A stretch of DNA of 35,962 bases from a virus (Duplodnaviria > Caudoviricetes): IMG/VR virus record IMGVR_UViG_3300032024_000154, positions 1 to 35,962 of that record; one strand, written 5' to 3'. Shown here in pieces: positions 11,501 to 18,838 of this stretch. The position numbers and the translations under genes are program-made. Numbering within the stretch: position 1 is the stretch's first letter; each line of letters opens with the position of its first letter. The notes below the pieces were generated by a model, which was not told the origin of the DNA, did not search any database, and saw nothing but the letters and a program-made list of their open reading frames with translations.

Positions 11501-11849
11501 TGACCGTTCCGGCCACCGCCTGCAGCTTCTGCAACTCCGCCGCTTCCCTGGCGGTGGGCGGCCCGGCGGCGGCGATTTGCTGGCTAAAACTGGCGGCTTC
11601 GTTCTCAGCGCTTTTGAGCGCGCGTGCGCTGTCTGCGGCTTCTTGCTTGAGCGTATTGAACGTCTTGATGGCCGCGCCCTGCGCGCTGAGCTCGCGCAAC
11701 TCGGCGGCCGCCTGCTGGGCCTTGACTTTGAGTTCTCCGCCCAGCACCTTGGCGGCGTCATCGAGGCGGTTGGTTAAATCGGTTACCGACTCCTGGCCCT
11801 TCACATCCGCGGTAATCTCGATGCCAACCTGATGATTTTTGGTAGCCAT
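8592..11849 (-). CDS. tail tape measure protein (1085 aa)
   Basis: long Ala-rich helical protein with GVLRGDEFNSVMEQSPRLARALA tape-measure motif. Confidence 0.92.
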   Translation of the reverse strand: MATKNHQVGIEITADVKGQESVTDLTNRLDDAAKVLGGELKVKAQQAAAELRELSAQGAAIKTFNTLKQEAADSARALKSAENEAASFSQQIAAAGPPTAREAAELQKLQAVAGTVSARLAQQNQALSVAAVDLRRFGVASNSTQAAQQRLAAQTQVLRDRVKDLVPAYQGAATGVANSAAVQNRAHRDIKAGMGSISEQLALMQKLFVGFTGLRGLTVMARDVADTADAYNNLQSRIKLVTGEGPAFEAAFAGVTAVAQRTSSSLESTGNLFTRLAEAGKSAGLGTQAAIDQALKLTETVNQAVQLSGASAQASDAAITQLIQGLQGGVLRGDEFNSVMEQSPRLARALAEGLGTTTGELRKMAEAGQLSSETVIKALRGQADIVAGEFSKLPPTVGRAIENLSTSWTLYVGETDKAMGASSAAASAINVLSNNLSTVGGLLLDAGQAAAALAAIRLAQYFLGIGAAATTATTAVVANTVAVTAAGVAGGTAAVGVGRFAAILSSLKLFSVLGIATNFKDIGTAIGEAAARLAGYKDRTDELAAADRVSAQIAADNIAQRQRMAALTQLAIDKSFELGKAGMASIAEFDQLTKAGGSAAEAVAKIGKDFDLSTVPGIRNATAVLDKLASDGKLSAEQFAQAWGDALKGADLAVFEVQARAALAGTAREAERLGQVLDATLRESIKRTGLDFDVISGGMGKAARSAINDTDAMINGLDRLKAMGVDTAQVLVASIGKGISTADSQQAIEAVRVQIEAVRKALGNKLADGLLDQARQKAEGLGKALEDATPGIQGVKEAMRVLGVTSDQTFKDTAEKSKAAYDAMRESGTRSARELAAGFKKAAEDAIAANNGIAPSWVTAEAAARGYEVAVDSAGKATLKTIGDSKKAVDDLAGSYKNAGAAAESAADRAVSALERQNAAIERTNAAVEKAAELERKRIGVDKEGFSTGKDGNRLVIGSDIATLTGVAAFLKNAGVADDTAARKLALQFSDGKGNIPFFDNPGQRKFGADTLSVALLKAAEQFTFGPGLNGAGARTPSSIPAPTTSVNINLDGRSRTVNTDAAGASVLQEVLTQLADARGTAGAR

Positions 11850-11866
11850 GGGTGCCCTGTGCTCTT

Positions 11867-11878
11867 TACAATGTGCGC
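11867..11878 (+). promoter_or_regulatory. putative sigma70 -10 element (TACAAT) for a leaderless transcript
   Basis: TACAAT 11867-11872, 6 nt, then ATG 11879; weak -35 TAGCCA at 11843-11848. Confidence 0.55.
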
Positions 11879-12043
11879 ATGTCGCGCCTGATTGCCTTTT
11901 TGTTCTGCCTGGCCTTCCTGTGCCTTGCGGGTGGCTGGGTCAAGTTCGGCCTGGCGCTTGCCGGTGGCGTGGTGGCGCTGCTGGCGCTCTACGTGGCCTG
12001 GCTGGGCGTGCGCCTTTTCATCGGCCCACCCCGCCAGCGCTAA
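11879..12043 (+). CDS. small two-TM membrane protein (54 aa), moron-like
   Basis: fills the tube-TMP gap on the opposite strand; two hydrophobic helices, basic C-tail; own -10 element. Confidence 0.7.
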   Translation: MSRLIAFLFCLAFLCLAGGWVKFGLALAGGVVALLALYVAWLGVRLFIGPPRQR

Positions 12044-12062
12044 GCCACCGGCTCACCCCCTT

Positions 12063-12079
12063 GGCGGGCCTGGCCCGCC
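12063..12079. terminator. GC-rich hairpin between convergent genes
   Basis: GGCGGGC-ctg-GCCCGCC inverted repeat; no U-tract, so terminator function uncertain. Confidence 0.35.
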
Positions 12080-12085
12080 CCAGGG

Positions 12086-12829
12086 TTACGCCATGCTCAC
12101 CTTGTAAAAACGGCTCACGCCGACGCCGGTCTTGGTGGTGTCAAGCAGCACGGTGCCTTCAACGTCGAGCGCGCCAAAGTCTTTATTGATCAGCGCCAGG
12201 CTCTTGGTAATGCCCTGGCTGGCCCGGAAAATATCGACCACCACCGGCTTGCCGCCATCAGCTTCGTTGAGCCCGCCGAAGGTCAGCGCCAGCTCGACCG
12301 CCTTGGTCGTGAGCGCTTCGATGGTCGCGTACTGGCCGTAGCTGTAGTCCACCGTCAGGGCGTCGGCGGCCAGGATGTTAGCGGCTGCCGGCAGGATGAA
12401 AACGCCTTCCGGGCGCACCTCGTAGTTGCCCGCCGCCACGATCGTGACCGCCGCTTTTTTAACGACCACGGCGGTGGGCTGGATGTGCGCCAGGCGCAGC
12501 AGCCCGCCCAGGGTGGCCACGTGCGGCTCGGCCACCACGGCGCCGGCAATCACGTCGGCGGCCGTTCCAAACACACTGCGCGCCAGGTTGACGACGTTAA
12601 TGTCGGCCAGCTTCATCGAGACCTTGACCTCCTTGACGCGGCGCACCTCGGCATGCGTGCCGCCGCCGAGCGCGGTCATGTCGTCTTGGGTCTTGACGTC
12701 TTCGCTGTGGTCGAGCTTGAGCTCCAGCACGTTGCCGATCGGGATCGGCTTGGCCGCGCTGCCGAAGGGGCGCGCGTACACCTGGCCGACGGTCAGGCTG
12801 GGTTTGTAGATTTGCGTGAGAACGGGCAT
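12086..12829 (-). CDS. major tail tube protein (247 aa)
   Basis: GQVY...IGNV..L motif, size, position after tail terminator; AAGGA RBS. Confidence 0.8.
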   Translation of the reverse strand: MPVLTQIYKPSLTVGQVYARPFGSAAKPIPIGNVLELKLDHSEDVKTQDDMTALGGGTHAEVRRVKEVKVSMKLADINVVNLARSVFGTAADVIAGAVVAEPHVATLGGLLRLAHIQPTAVVVKKAAVTIVAAGNYEVRPEGVFILPAAANILAADALTVDYSYGQYATIEALTTKAVELALTFGGLNEADGGKPVVVDIFRASQGITKSLALINKDFGALDVEGTVLLDTTKTGVGVSRFYKVSMA

Positions 12830-12854
12830 GGCTTGGTCCTTTGAATTTCAGGTT

Positions 12855-13322
12855 TTACGGTTTGCGGAAAATCGTTTCGGCGATGAATGACGATGGCAGG
12901 TACTGCACGCCGGCGCGGAATTCAGCGCGCGGCGGGCTGGTCAGGACCAGGGGGCGGGTCAGCCCAGGCAGACTGGTGCCAGCAAGCGCGCCCATCACCA
13001 GGGCCAGCAGGGGCCCGGCCGCGGCGCGGGCGGCGGCGCCGCTGCGCTGGTCTGCCACATGGCGCACCACAACCACCGCGTACCAGGTGTGCGCCAGCCG
13101 CCAGGCGGTGAGCAGGTCTTCGTCCACGCGGTAGCCGCCATAGATGATGTGCACCGCCGGCGTGCGCTGGGCGCTTTCCTTGACGCCGGCCAGGTCTGCC
13201 GCCGTGAGCACATGCACGGCCGGCGAGATGCCCGCCACGGCAGTCTTGACCGCCGCCACCAGTAGCGGCTCAAGCGCCAAAAAGTTGTTGGCCTGGGCCA
13301 CGCTCTGGCCGGCTGTGCTCAT
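12855..13322 (-). CDS. tail terminator, Mu gp37-like
   Basis: position after adaptor; PAVHIIYGGY...W..VVVVR motif; ATGA overlap. Confidence 0.7.
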   Translation of the reverse strand: MSTAGQSVAQANNFLALEPLLVAAVKTAVAGISPAVHVLTAADLAGVKESAQRTPAVHIIYGGYRVDEDLLTAWRLAHTWYAVVVVRHVADQRSGAAARAAAGPLLALVMGALAGTSLPGLTRPLVLTSPPRAEFRAGVQYLPSSFIAETIFRKP

Positions 13323-13807
13323 GCGTAGCCCCGCGTGCTGTCGTCGGTGACCTGGCGCGGGCTAAAGCTGTATTGCACCTCGCCCTCTGAGAGCGGGTCA
13401 TTGGCCACCAGCGCGCCGGGCGGACCGCCCCAGGGGCAGGCCAGCAGCACGGTGCCGGCGGCAATGGCCGTCAACTCTTTTTCAGCGGCCTTGTAGCGCA
13501 GATAGACCTCATGCTCGGGCGCCAGGTCGTCGTACAGGTAATAGCGCGCCACGTCGCTCACGATGCGCGCAAGCTGCGGCGGCGGCACCATCTCTGGCGG
13601 GTTGCCTAGCACGGTGGCCGGCTTGGCGCAGCCCGCCAGCGGCAGCCGATAGACGCGGCCCACGAAGGAGTCGGCATAGGCCTGCGCGTCGTCGAGCATG
13701 CGCTGCGCGCGGACGGTGACCACCACCAGGTTGTCGGGGTCGGTGAGCTGCACCAGCTCGGGCTCGCCGTAGCGGTCTATCAGGTCTTGCACTGTGGCGT
13801 ATTGCAC
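13319..13807 (-). CDS. head-tail adaptor, Mu gp36/DUF1320-like
   Basis: YAT..DLI.RYG..EL.QLTD...RY.LPL...D.ARY.LY motif. Confidence 0.88.
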   Translation of the reverse strand: MQYATVQDLIDRYGEPELVQLTDPDNLVVVTVRAQRMLDDAQAYADSFVGRVYRLPLAGCAKPATVLGNPPEMVPPPQLARIVSDVARYYLYDDLAPEHEVYLRYKAAEKELTAIAAGTVLLACPWGGPPGALVANDPLSEGEVQYSFSPRQVTDDSTRGYA

Positions 13808-13839
13808 GGCTGGGCTCGCTCAGGGCTGTGTGGGCGCTA

Positions 13840-14205
13840 TCAGACGATCGGGTGCACGTGCGGCAGCAGCTGCACCTCAATGAGCTGCCCGGCCGCCGTG
13901 GCCGCGCCCAGGGCGCGCCCGCAGAAGTTGGTGGTGCTGCCCACGGCGGCCTTGCCGGTGGCGTCGGTGGTGACAAACGCGCCGAAGGCGATGGCCGCAC
14001 TGGCCTCGACCAGCGCGCTGTAGCCGGTGCTGGCGCTGACGGCCTCGCCGATCGCGGCGGCGTGCTCGGTAACGCCCTGCACGTCATTGGCGCCGACGGC
14101 GCCGATGACGACGGGGGCAGCGCCGTTGTAGCTGACAAAGCGGTTTGCGGCGAGTGCCGCGGTGGCGATGATGGTGACCGCGTGCTGTTTGTCGTACTGT
14201 TGCAT
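13840..14205 (-). CDS. capsid cement/decoration protein, DUF2190-like
   Basis: Ala/Gly-rich 121 aa, GRAL.AA.AAG.LIEV.L C-terminus; AGGAG RBS. Confidence 0.75.
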   Translation of the reverse strand: MQQYDKQHAVTIIATAALAANRFVSYNGAAPVVIGAVGANDVQGVTEHAAAIGEAVSASTGYSALVEASAAIAFGAFVTTDATGKAAVGSTTNFCGRALGAATAAGQLIEVQLLPHVHPIV

Positions 14206-14245
14206 GGTTGTGGACTCCTAAGTGTGGTGTTGCAGGGTGCCGCGC

Positions 14246-14536
14246 TTACTTTTTCGCGGCGGGTTTGACGGGCGCGGCGGCCGGCTCGGCGATGGAGGCG
14301 TCGGCCTGTTGCACGCGCTGGCGCGCTTGCTCGAATTCCGCGTCCGCCTTGGCTGCGGTCCGCTTGTCGGCCTTGGCCAGCGCGGCCTCGTCGTCGGGGT
14401 TCTTGGCGGCGCCGCTGGCGGTGAGCTCGCGCTCGTCGTGCGCCGGCAGCTCGGGCAGCTCAGCGCCGGGCTGGATGACGGTGCGTTCGCCGTTGATGAT
14501 GACGGCGGTGGCAACCATTGCGATCAGTTTGCTCAT
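14246..14536 (-). CDS. small head-associated protein (96 aa)
   Basis: follows capsid gene, AAGGA RBS. Confidence 0.7.
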   Translation of the reverse strand: MSKLIAMVATAVIINGERTVIQPGAELPELPAHDERELTASGAAKNPDDEAALAKADKRTAAKADAEFEQARQRVQQADASIAEPAAAPVKPAAKK

Positions 14537-14568
14537 GTGGGGATTCCTTGGTTAGTTGTTTCGGATTG

Positions 14569-14595
14569 CCCCGCAGGCACATGCGTCCTGCGGGG
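14569..14595. terminator. hairpin downstream of capsid gene (attenuator/mRNA stabiliser)
   Basis: CCCCGCAGG-N9-CCTGCGGGG perfect 9-bp stem. Confidence 0.45.
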
Positions 14596-14637
14596 GGCTT
14601 CCAGGTCGTTGCCGACCCCCTCACGGTTTCAGGGTTG

Positions 14638-15600
14638 TTATTTCGGGTTGGTGAACAGGAAACCTGCGGTGTTGTAGGCCACGTTGGGGCGGCGCTCGAA
14701 GGTGGCGCCATAGACCCAGCTCTTGCTGGCCGCCTCGAAGTAAGGGGTTTCGGCAAACGGATGGCCTTCAATCACGTTGGTGAAACCCAAACCAGGCTCG
14801 GCCAGGCTGATGTCGCCGCCGCCGGCGCCGCCGATGCGCGGCACGTAGGCCAGGATGGCGTTGTTGCCCCAGACGTCTTGCCCCACGTTGCCGTCGTCCA
14901 TCCAGACCGCGTCGCCCACCACGATTTCAGCCACGTTGAGGATGTTCTTGAGCTGATCGAGCGTGGCCGGCCCCAGGTTGGTGGTGGGCAGGTAGCCCTT
15001 GACCTCGGCGTTGCCTGTGATGGCGGTGAAGGCGTCGGCGCTCAGCGTGAGCTTGTTCGGGCGCTTGCCGATCTTTTTGCGGATCACGTCGGCGGCGGCG
15101 CGCACGTCGGTCACCGGCGTGCCGGTGGCGGCGCTCCATTTGGTGCCCGCCGCCAGCGCCAGCACATGGCCGGCGGCATAGGTGCCGCTGGTGGTGGCCA
15201 GCGTGGCGACTTCGAGCTCGTAGTCAAGCGCCAGAATGTCGTTGGCGGTGACCATGGCGATGCGCGAGATGTCCAGGTGGTTGCCGACGTTGAGCTTGCG
15301 GCTCTCATCGGACTCGCGGATCAGCTCGCGCGGGATAGGCACATCAACCGAGTACTGATCAACCGTGTAGGTCTTGCCCTCGTACTTGATGTTGACGCGC
15401 TTGGTGGCTGCGCCCGGCGCGCGGCGCAGGTTGTAGCGGCGCAGGCGTTCGTCGCCCAACTGGGCCAGTTGCACGCTGCTGAGGGCTTGCGGCAGGCGCG
15501 GGAACAGCGCCTCGGCGATCATGGTGCCTTGCCCCAGGCCCAGCAGCAGGCTGGTCAGGATGGGGTTTTGGTTGAGGCGGATTTCTGCTGGCGTCATCAT
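14638..15600 (-). CDS. major capsid protein (320 aa)
   Basis: directly after protease/scaffold; size and motifs of Mu-like HK97-fold capsids; AAGGA RBS. Confidence 0.88.
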   Translation of the reverse strand: MMTPAEIRLNQNPILTSLLLGLGQGTMIAEALFPRLPQALSSVQLAQLGDERLRRYNLRRAPGAATKRVNIKYEGKTYTVDQYSVDVPIPRELIRESDESRKLNVGNHLDISRIAMVTANDILALDYELEVATLATTSGTYAAGHVLALAAGTKWSAATGTPVTDVRAAADVIRKKIGKRPNKLTLSADAFTAITGNAEVKGYLPTTNLGPATLDQLKNILNVAEIVVGDAVWMDDGNVGQDVWGNNAILAYVPRIGGAGGGDISLAEPGLGFTNVIEGHPFAETPYFEAASKSWVYGATFERRPNVAYNTAGFLFTNPK

Positions 15601-15633
15601 GGCTGCGGTCCTTTGGGTCTGTGGGTTGTTGGG

Positions 15634-16155
15634 TTAGCTGGTGAAGCTGGTCACGGCGCCAAGCGCTTCGGCGTAGCTCACCTTGTGCTGGCGGGCGTAG
15701 GCCTTGGCGGCGGTATCGATCTCGGCGTCGGTCTTGCCTTTTGCGCCGCCGGCCTGGCTGCCCGCGTTGCCGGGCGCAAATTCGCCGAAGCTCACTTGCG
15801 GCTTGCCCTGGGCGATCAGGTCCTGCAGCCACTGCGCCGGGCTGACCTTGCGGGTGGTGTCGCCTTCGGCAAACTCAACCGGCGTGCTGTCAGCCAGCGC
15901 ATCCAACGTGGCCACGGCCATGGCGGTGTCTTTGGGCAGCAGCCGCCCGGCGGCAACCTGCGCATCGGCAAAGCTCACGAACCCGGCCTTGCGGTCGGCG
16001 CGGGATTTTTCGGCAAACGATGCGGCTTGCGCCTGTGCATCGGCAGCGGTCTTCTTGTGCGTGGCCGCGTTGGTTTCAGCCTGGGCGCGAGCATCCTGCT
16101 CGGTCTTGAGCTGGGCCTGCGCGGCGGCCAGCTGGGTCTTGAGGTCTTCACTCAT
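15634..16155 (-). CDS. nested in-frame scaffold protein (Mu gpZ-like)
   Basis: internal ATG 16155 in frame with CAGGAG RBS, followed by coiled coil. Confidence 0.65.
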   Translation of the reverse strand: MSEDLKTQLAAAQAQLKTEQDARAQAETNAATHKKTAADAQAQAASFAEKSRADRKAGFVSFADAQVAAGRLLPKDTAMAVATLDALADSTPVEFAEGDTTRKVSPAQWLQDLIAQGKPQVSFGEFAPGNAGSQAGGAKGKTDAEIDTAAKAYARQHKVSYAEALGAVTSFTS

Positions 16156-16683
16156 GTCGTCGCTCTCCTGTGATGGTGATGTGATGGGGTCGTTGACGGG
16201 TTCTGAAAAGTTGACGGCGCCCGTCGCGTCGCCATCGGAAAACTGGATGTCTTTGAGCCCGGCCACCGCTGGCGGCTGCGCGCCCAGGAAGGCGACGTGG
16301 CGCAAATACCAACGCCCTGGTGTGGGGTTGTTGGGGGCCTGCGGCGGGTAAAAACTTGAACTGCGCTTTGGGAAGCGGCGCAGGCGAACCATCTCGGCGA
16401 ACTGCGGCTCGACGTCCTTTGTGGAGGCAATGATCAGGCGGCCATCGGCGTTGCGTGCCAGTCCGCCCACCCAACCGTAAGAGGGCTTGTTGTCTTGCGG
16501 GTGGCCCACGGTCAGCGGGGCTTCGCGCAGCGCGGGGTTGTAGCTGGCGGCCATGCCGTCCACGTCGGCTTCCGAGAAACTGTGCTCCACGCCCTGATCG
16601 TCGATGTGACGACCGACGCTGAAAATCTCGATGCCGTCGGGCAGCGTGGGCGACGAATTGGCGGCGGGGTTTGCGAGTGTCAT
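15634..16683 (-). CDS. capsid maturation protease/scaffold (Mu gpI-like)
   Basis: IEIF..G.H, APL.VGHP...P.YGWV, YLRHVAFLGAQPPAV.GL motifs. Confidence 0.9.
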   Translation of the reverse strand: MTLANPAANSSPTLPDGIEIFSVGRHIDDQGVEHSFSEADVDGMAASYNPALREAPLTVGHPQDNKPSYGWVGGLARNADGRLIIASTKDVEPQFAEMVRLRRFPKRSSSFYPPQAPNNPTPGRWYLRHVAFLGAQPPAVAGLKDIQFSDGDATGAVNFSEPVNDPITSPSQESDDMSEDLKTQLAAAQAQLKTEQDARAQAETNAATHKKTAADAQAQAASFAEKSRADRKAGFVSFADAQVAAGRLLPKDTAMAVATLDALADSTPVEFAEGDTTRKVSPAQWLQDLIAQGKPQVSFGEFAPGNAGSQAGGAKGKTDAEIDTAAKAYARQHKVSYAEALGAVTSFTS

Positions 16684-16732
16684 GACCGCACTGTCGCGCG
16701 GGGCGCCCGGTCAGGCTAAGTAAAGCGCTTTA
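16684..16732 (-). promoter_or_regulatory. late promoter with Mor/C-type activator dyad
   Basis: perfect palindrome TAAAGCGCTTTA 16721-16732; -10 GACAGT 16695-16690; ATG 6 nt later, 43.5 bp from dyad centre. Confidence 0.75.
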
Positions 16733-16805
16733 GTTTTTCGATGCCTTGCGGGACAGACCGCAGCTACGGCGACAGCCGAGCCAGCTCTGTCCCCAACCGA
16801 TCAAG

Positions 16806-16887
16806 CGTCATCGCGAGGCCGCAGGCCGTGGCGATCCATCGCCGAGGAAGCGCAGCCTTGGATTGCCGCGCTGCGCTCGCAATGACG
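16806..16887. repeat. 82-bp REP/RPE-like multi-stem palindromic element
   Basis: outer arms CGTCATCGCGAG / CTCGCAATGACG; inner arms GTGGCGATCCA / TGGATTGCCGC. Confidence 0.7.
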
Positions 16888-16888
16888 G

Positions 16889-17290
16889 CTAGGCCGGCTC
16901 CAGGTCCAGCTTGCCCTGCCTGCGGGCGCGCTCGTCAAGCAGCATGGCCTTGATGATCTGGCGCACGCGAGTGGAGGTGAGGCCGTGGCGGCGCGCCAGC
17001 TCATCATAGTTGTGGCCGTTGAATAGTTCAAACATTTCGCGGTCGCGCAGCGTGGCGCGGTAGCGCACGCCCTTGTTCAGGTACAGCGCCATGCCGCCGA
17101 TCTCGCTTGAGAGGCGCTCGGTCTGGCGCAGCGCCAGCAGAGCGAGCTGGTCAAGGCGCGGCGCGTCGGGCGCGGGTTCCTCGTCTTCTGCCGCCTGGAT
17201 GAACAGCCATTCGGCGATGAGTTGCAGATTCTCCGGATAAGCCGGATCGAGCAGCGCGTGCAGCGGCGCGAGATCGCAGCGGTCGGTCAC
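16889..17290 (-). CDS. mor: Mor/C-family transcription activator
   Basis: GG..LYL.KG...RD.E....FNG.NY.ELARRHGLT...VRQI motif; GTGA overlap with gemA. Confidence 0.9.
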   Translation of the reverse strand: MTDRCDLAPLHALLDPAYPENLQLIAEWLFIQAAEDEEPAPDAPRLDQLALLALRQTERLSSEIGGMALYLNKGVRYRATLRDREMFELFNGHNYDELARRHGLTSTRVRQIIKAMLLDERARRQGKLDLEPA

Positions 17291-17754
17291 TTGCCCACTC
17301 CCGCGCGCAGGCACCAGCGCTTGAGCGACTCGATCACGCTGTTGACCTGGTAGCCGTTCAAGAAGCGCCAGTGCTCGATGTGGGTCTGGCGCTTGACGTA
17401 CGCCATCAGCGCCGCGTCGGTGTCAATGCGCACCTGGCCGCTTGCCGCCAGCGCGGCCCAGAGCGCGCGCGCCTTGAGCCAGCGCTCGTCTTGCGCGTCA
17501 TCGGCGGAGCGCAACTGCTGCGGACGCGGCTGGTAGGGCTGGCGTTTTGGCGCTTGCGCGGCCCTGGAGCCGCTTTGCAGGCCGGCCAGGTGCGCCAGGT
17601 AGCGGCGGCGCTGCTGCTCGCTCATGGCGCCGGCGCTGGCCACGCCGGTAATCGCCAGCTTGAGCGCGCTGGCATCGTCCGCGCTCAGCCCCAGCGCCTT
17701 GTGCGCGATGTGGATGGCGGCCAGATGGCCCAGGCGGGTGGCGTGTGCGGCCAT
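17287..17754 (-). CDS. gemA: GemA/DUF1018 family protein
   Basis: IHIA...LGL, TG..SA..M, K.RALW, AL.AYVKR, VIESLKRW motifs; upstream of mor. Confidence 0.88.
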   Translation of the reverse strand: MAAHATRLGHLAAIHIAHKALGLSADDASALKLAITGVASAGAMSEQQRRRYLAHLAGLQSGSRAAQAPKRQPYQPRPQQLRSADDAQDERWLKARALWAALAASGQVRIDTDAALMAYVKRQTHIEHWRFLNGYQVNSVIESLKRWCLRAGVGK

Positions 17755-17756
17755 GG

Positions 17757-18092
17757 CTAGCCCCGCAGCTTGTGCCGCGTGATGCCGGTGATGCCGTTGC
17801 CAGGGCCTGGCAGCCGCTGCGTGCCGGACTGCCCGGCGTTGGGCAGATAGGGCGCATCGGGCGGCACCTCAAGGAACGGCGTGCTGGCCTGGCCGGTGGC
17901 CTGCAGGTAATCGACCTCCACCTTGGCGCTGTTGATGATGGTCTGCGCAACGTCGCTCACGCCCTTGGCGCGGCGGATCTCGGCGTCGAGCTCTTCGCCG
18001 GGCTTGGCCGCGCGCAGCGCGCGCAGCTGGTCGATCATGTGGGCGCGCACGGTGCTGATGTGGTTTTGCTCTTGCTCTTGCTCTTGGCTCAT
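17757..18092 (-). CDS. conserved phage protein usually paired with HNH-like gene (111 aa)
   Basis: AAGGAG RBS, ATGA overlap; EI.RAK.V..VAQTII.SAKVEVDY motif. Confidence 0.8.
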   Translation of the reverse strand: MSQEQEQEQNHISTVRAHMIDQLRALRAAKPGEELDAEIRRAKGVSDVAQTIINSAKVEVDYLQATGQASTPFLEVPPDAPYLPNAGQSGTQRLPGPGNGITGITRHKLRG

Positions 18093-18805
18093 GGGGTAGC
18101 TCCTTTGGTTTCTTGGGTGGTGGTGGTGGTTTTGCCGGACAGTTTGTTGATCTGGCGCGTGATGGCGCCGCGCAGCTGCACAAGCCGGCCCAGCTCTGGC
18201 GACCTGCTGCGCGGATGATTCCTGCGGGCGCGCTCGCCGCGAGAAATGCACTCCAGGCGATCTATCGTGATGTCTTCAAGCTTTGTGGTCTTGCAGCCCG
18301 GCCGGAAGGCAATAACGTGCCCCTTGGGCACCGGCCCGTTGACCGCCGCCCAGACCAGGCGCGACACCGAGTGCCAGCGCACCGAGTTATTGCCTGGCAA
18401 ATCGTTGATCTTGCGTTCCAGGTAGCCGTCCGCCGTGATCCGGTAGCTGCCGACCGGCAACCAGTTGCGCGGCTTGCTGCCAGGCTTGAACTGCGTCTGC
18501 ACGCCGCCCAGCTGCAGGCCCTTCGTGCCCTTGTTCCACGGCACGATGCCTGGCTGAAACCGACTAGCAATCATGTTCGGGTTCTGATTGGCGTGCCTGA
18601 TGCGCGCGCTCTTGTCCGACGCGTAGAACGCCGCGCTTTTCTTGAGCCCATGGCGCGCGGCGGCCTGGTAAACGGGGCCAACCGGCAGGCCAAGCAACGC
18701 GGCCACGTCGGCGGCCGGCACGTCCGGGTAGAGCTGGCGCAGCAGCAGCACCTCGGCATCGGTCCAGCGGTGCTTTGCACTGTTGATGTTTCTTGACTTG
18801 GTCAT
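18089..18805 (-). CDS. HNH-like protein with N-terminal Myb/HTH-like and NUMOD3-like repeats
   Basis: WT..E...L...YP, FQPG..PWNKG, FKPG..P.N, RLVW...NGP.P.G motifs; catalytic His/Asn look degenerate. Confidence 0.8.
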   Translation of the reverse strand: MTKSRNINSAKHRWTDAEVLLLRQLYPDVPAADVAALLGLPVGPVYQAAARHGLKKSAAFYASDKSARIRHANQNPNMIASRFQPGIVPWNKGTKGLQLGGVQTQFKPGSKPRNWLPVGSYRITADGYLERKINDLPGNNSVRWHSVSRLVWAAVNGPVPKGHVIAFRPGCKTTKLEDITIDRLECISRGERARRNHPRSRSPELGRLVQLRGAITRQINKLSGKTTTTTQETKGATP

Positions 18806-18838
18806 GGCGTGGTTGAAATAGTTTTAGCGTCCAAGGCC

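Noticed and set aside
2712-16351. Long + strand ORFs (e.g. 2712-4169, 7241-8677, 9426-10553, 14518-16173)
   Set aside because: Antisense shadows of well-supported structural genes in high-GC DNA; no RBS or motifs.
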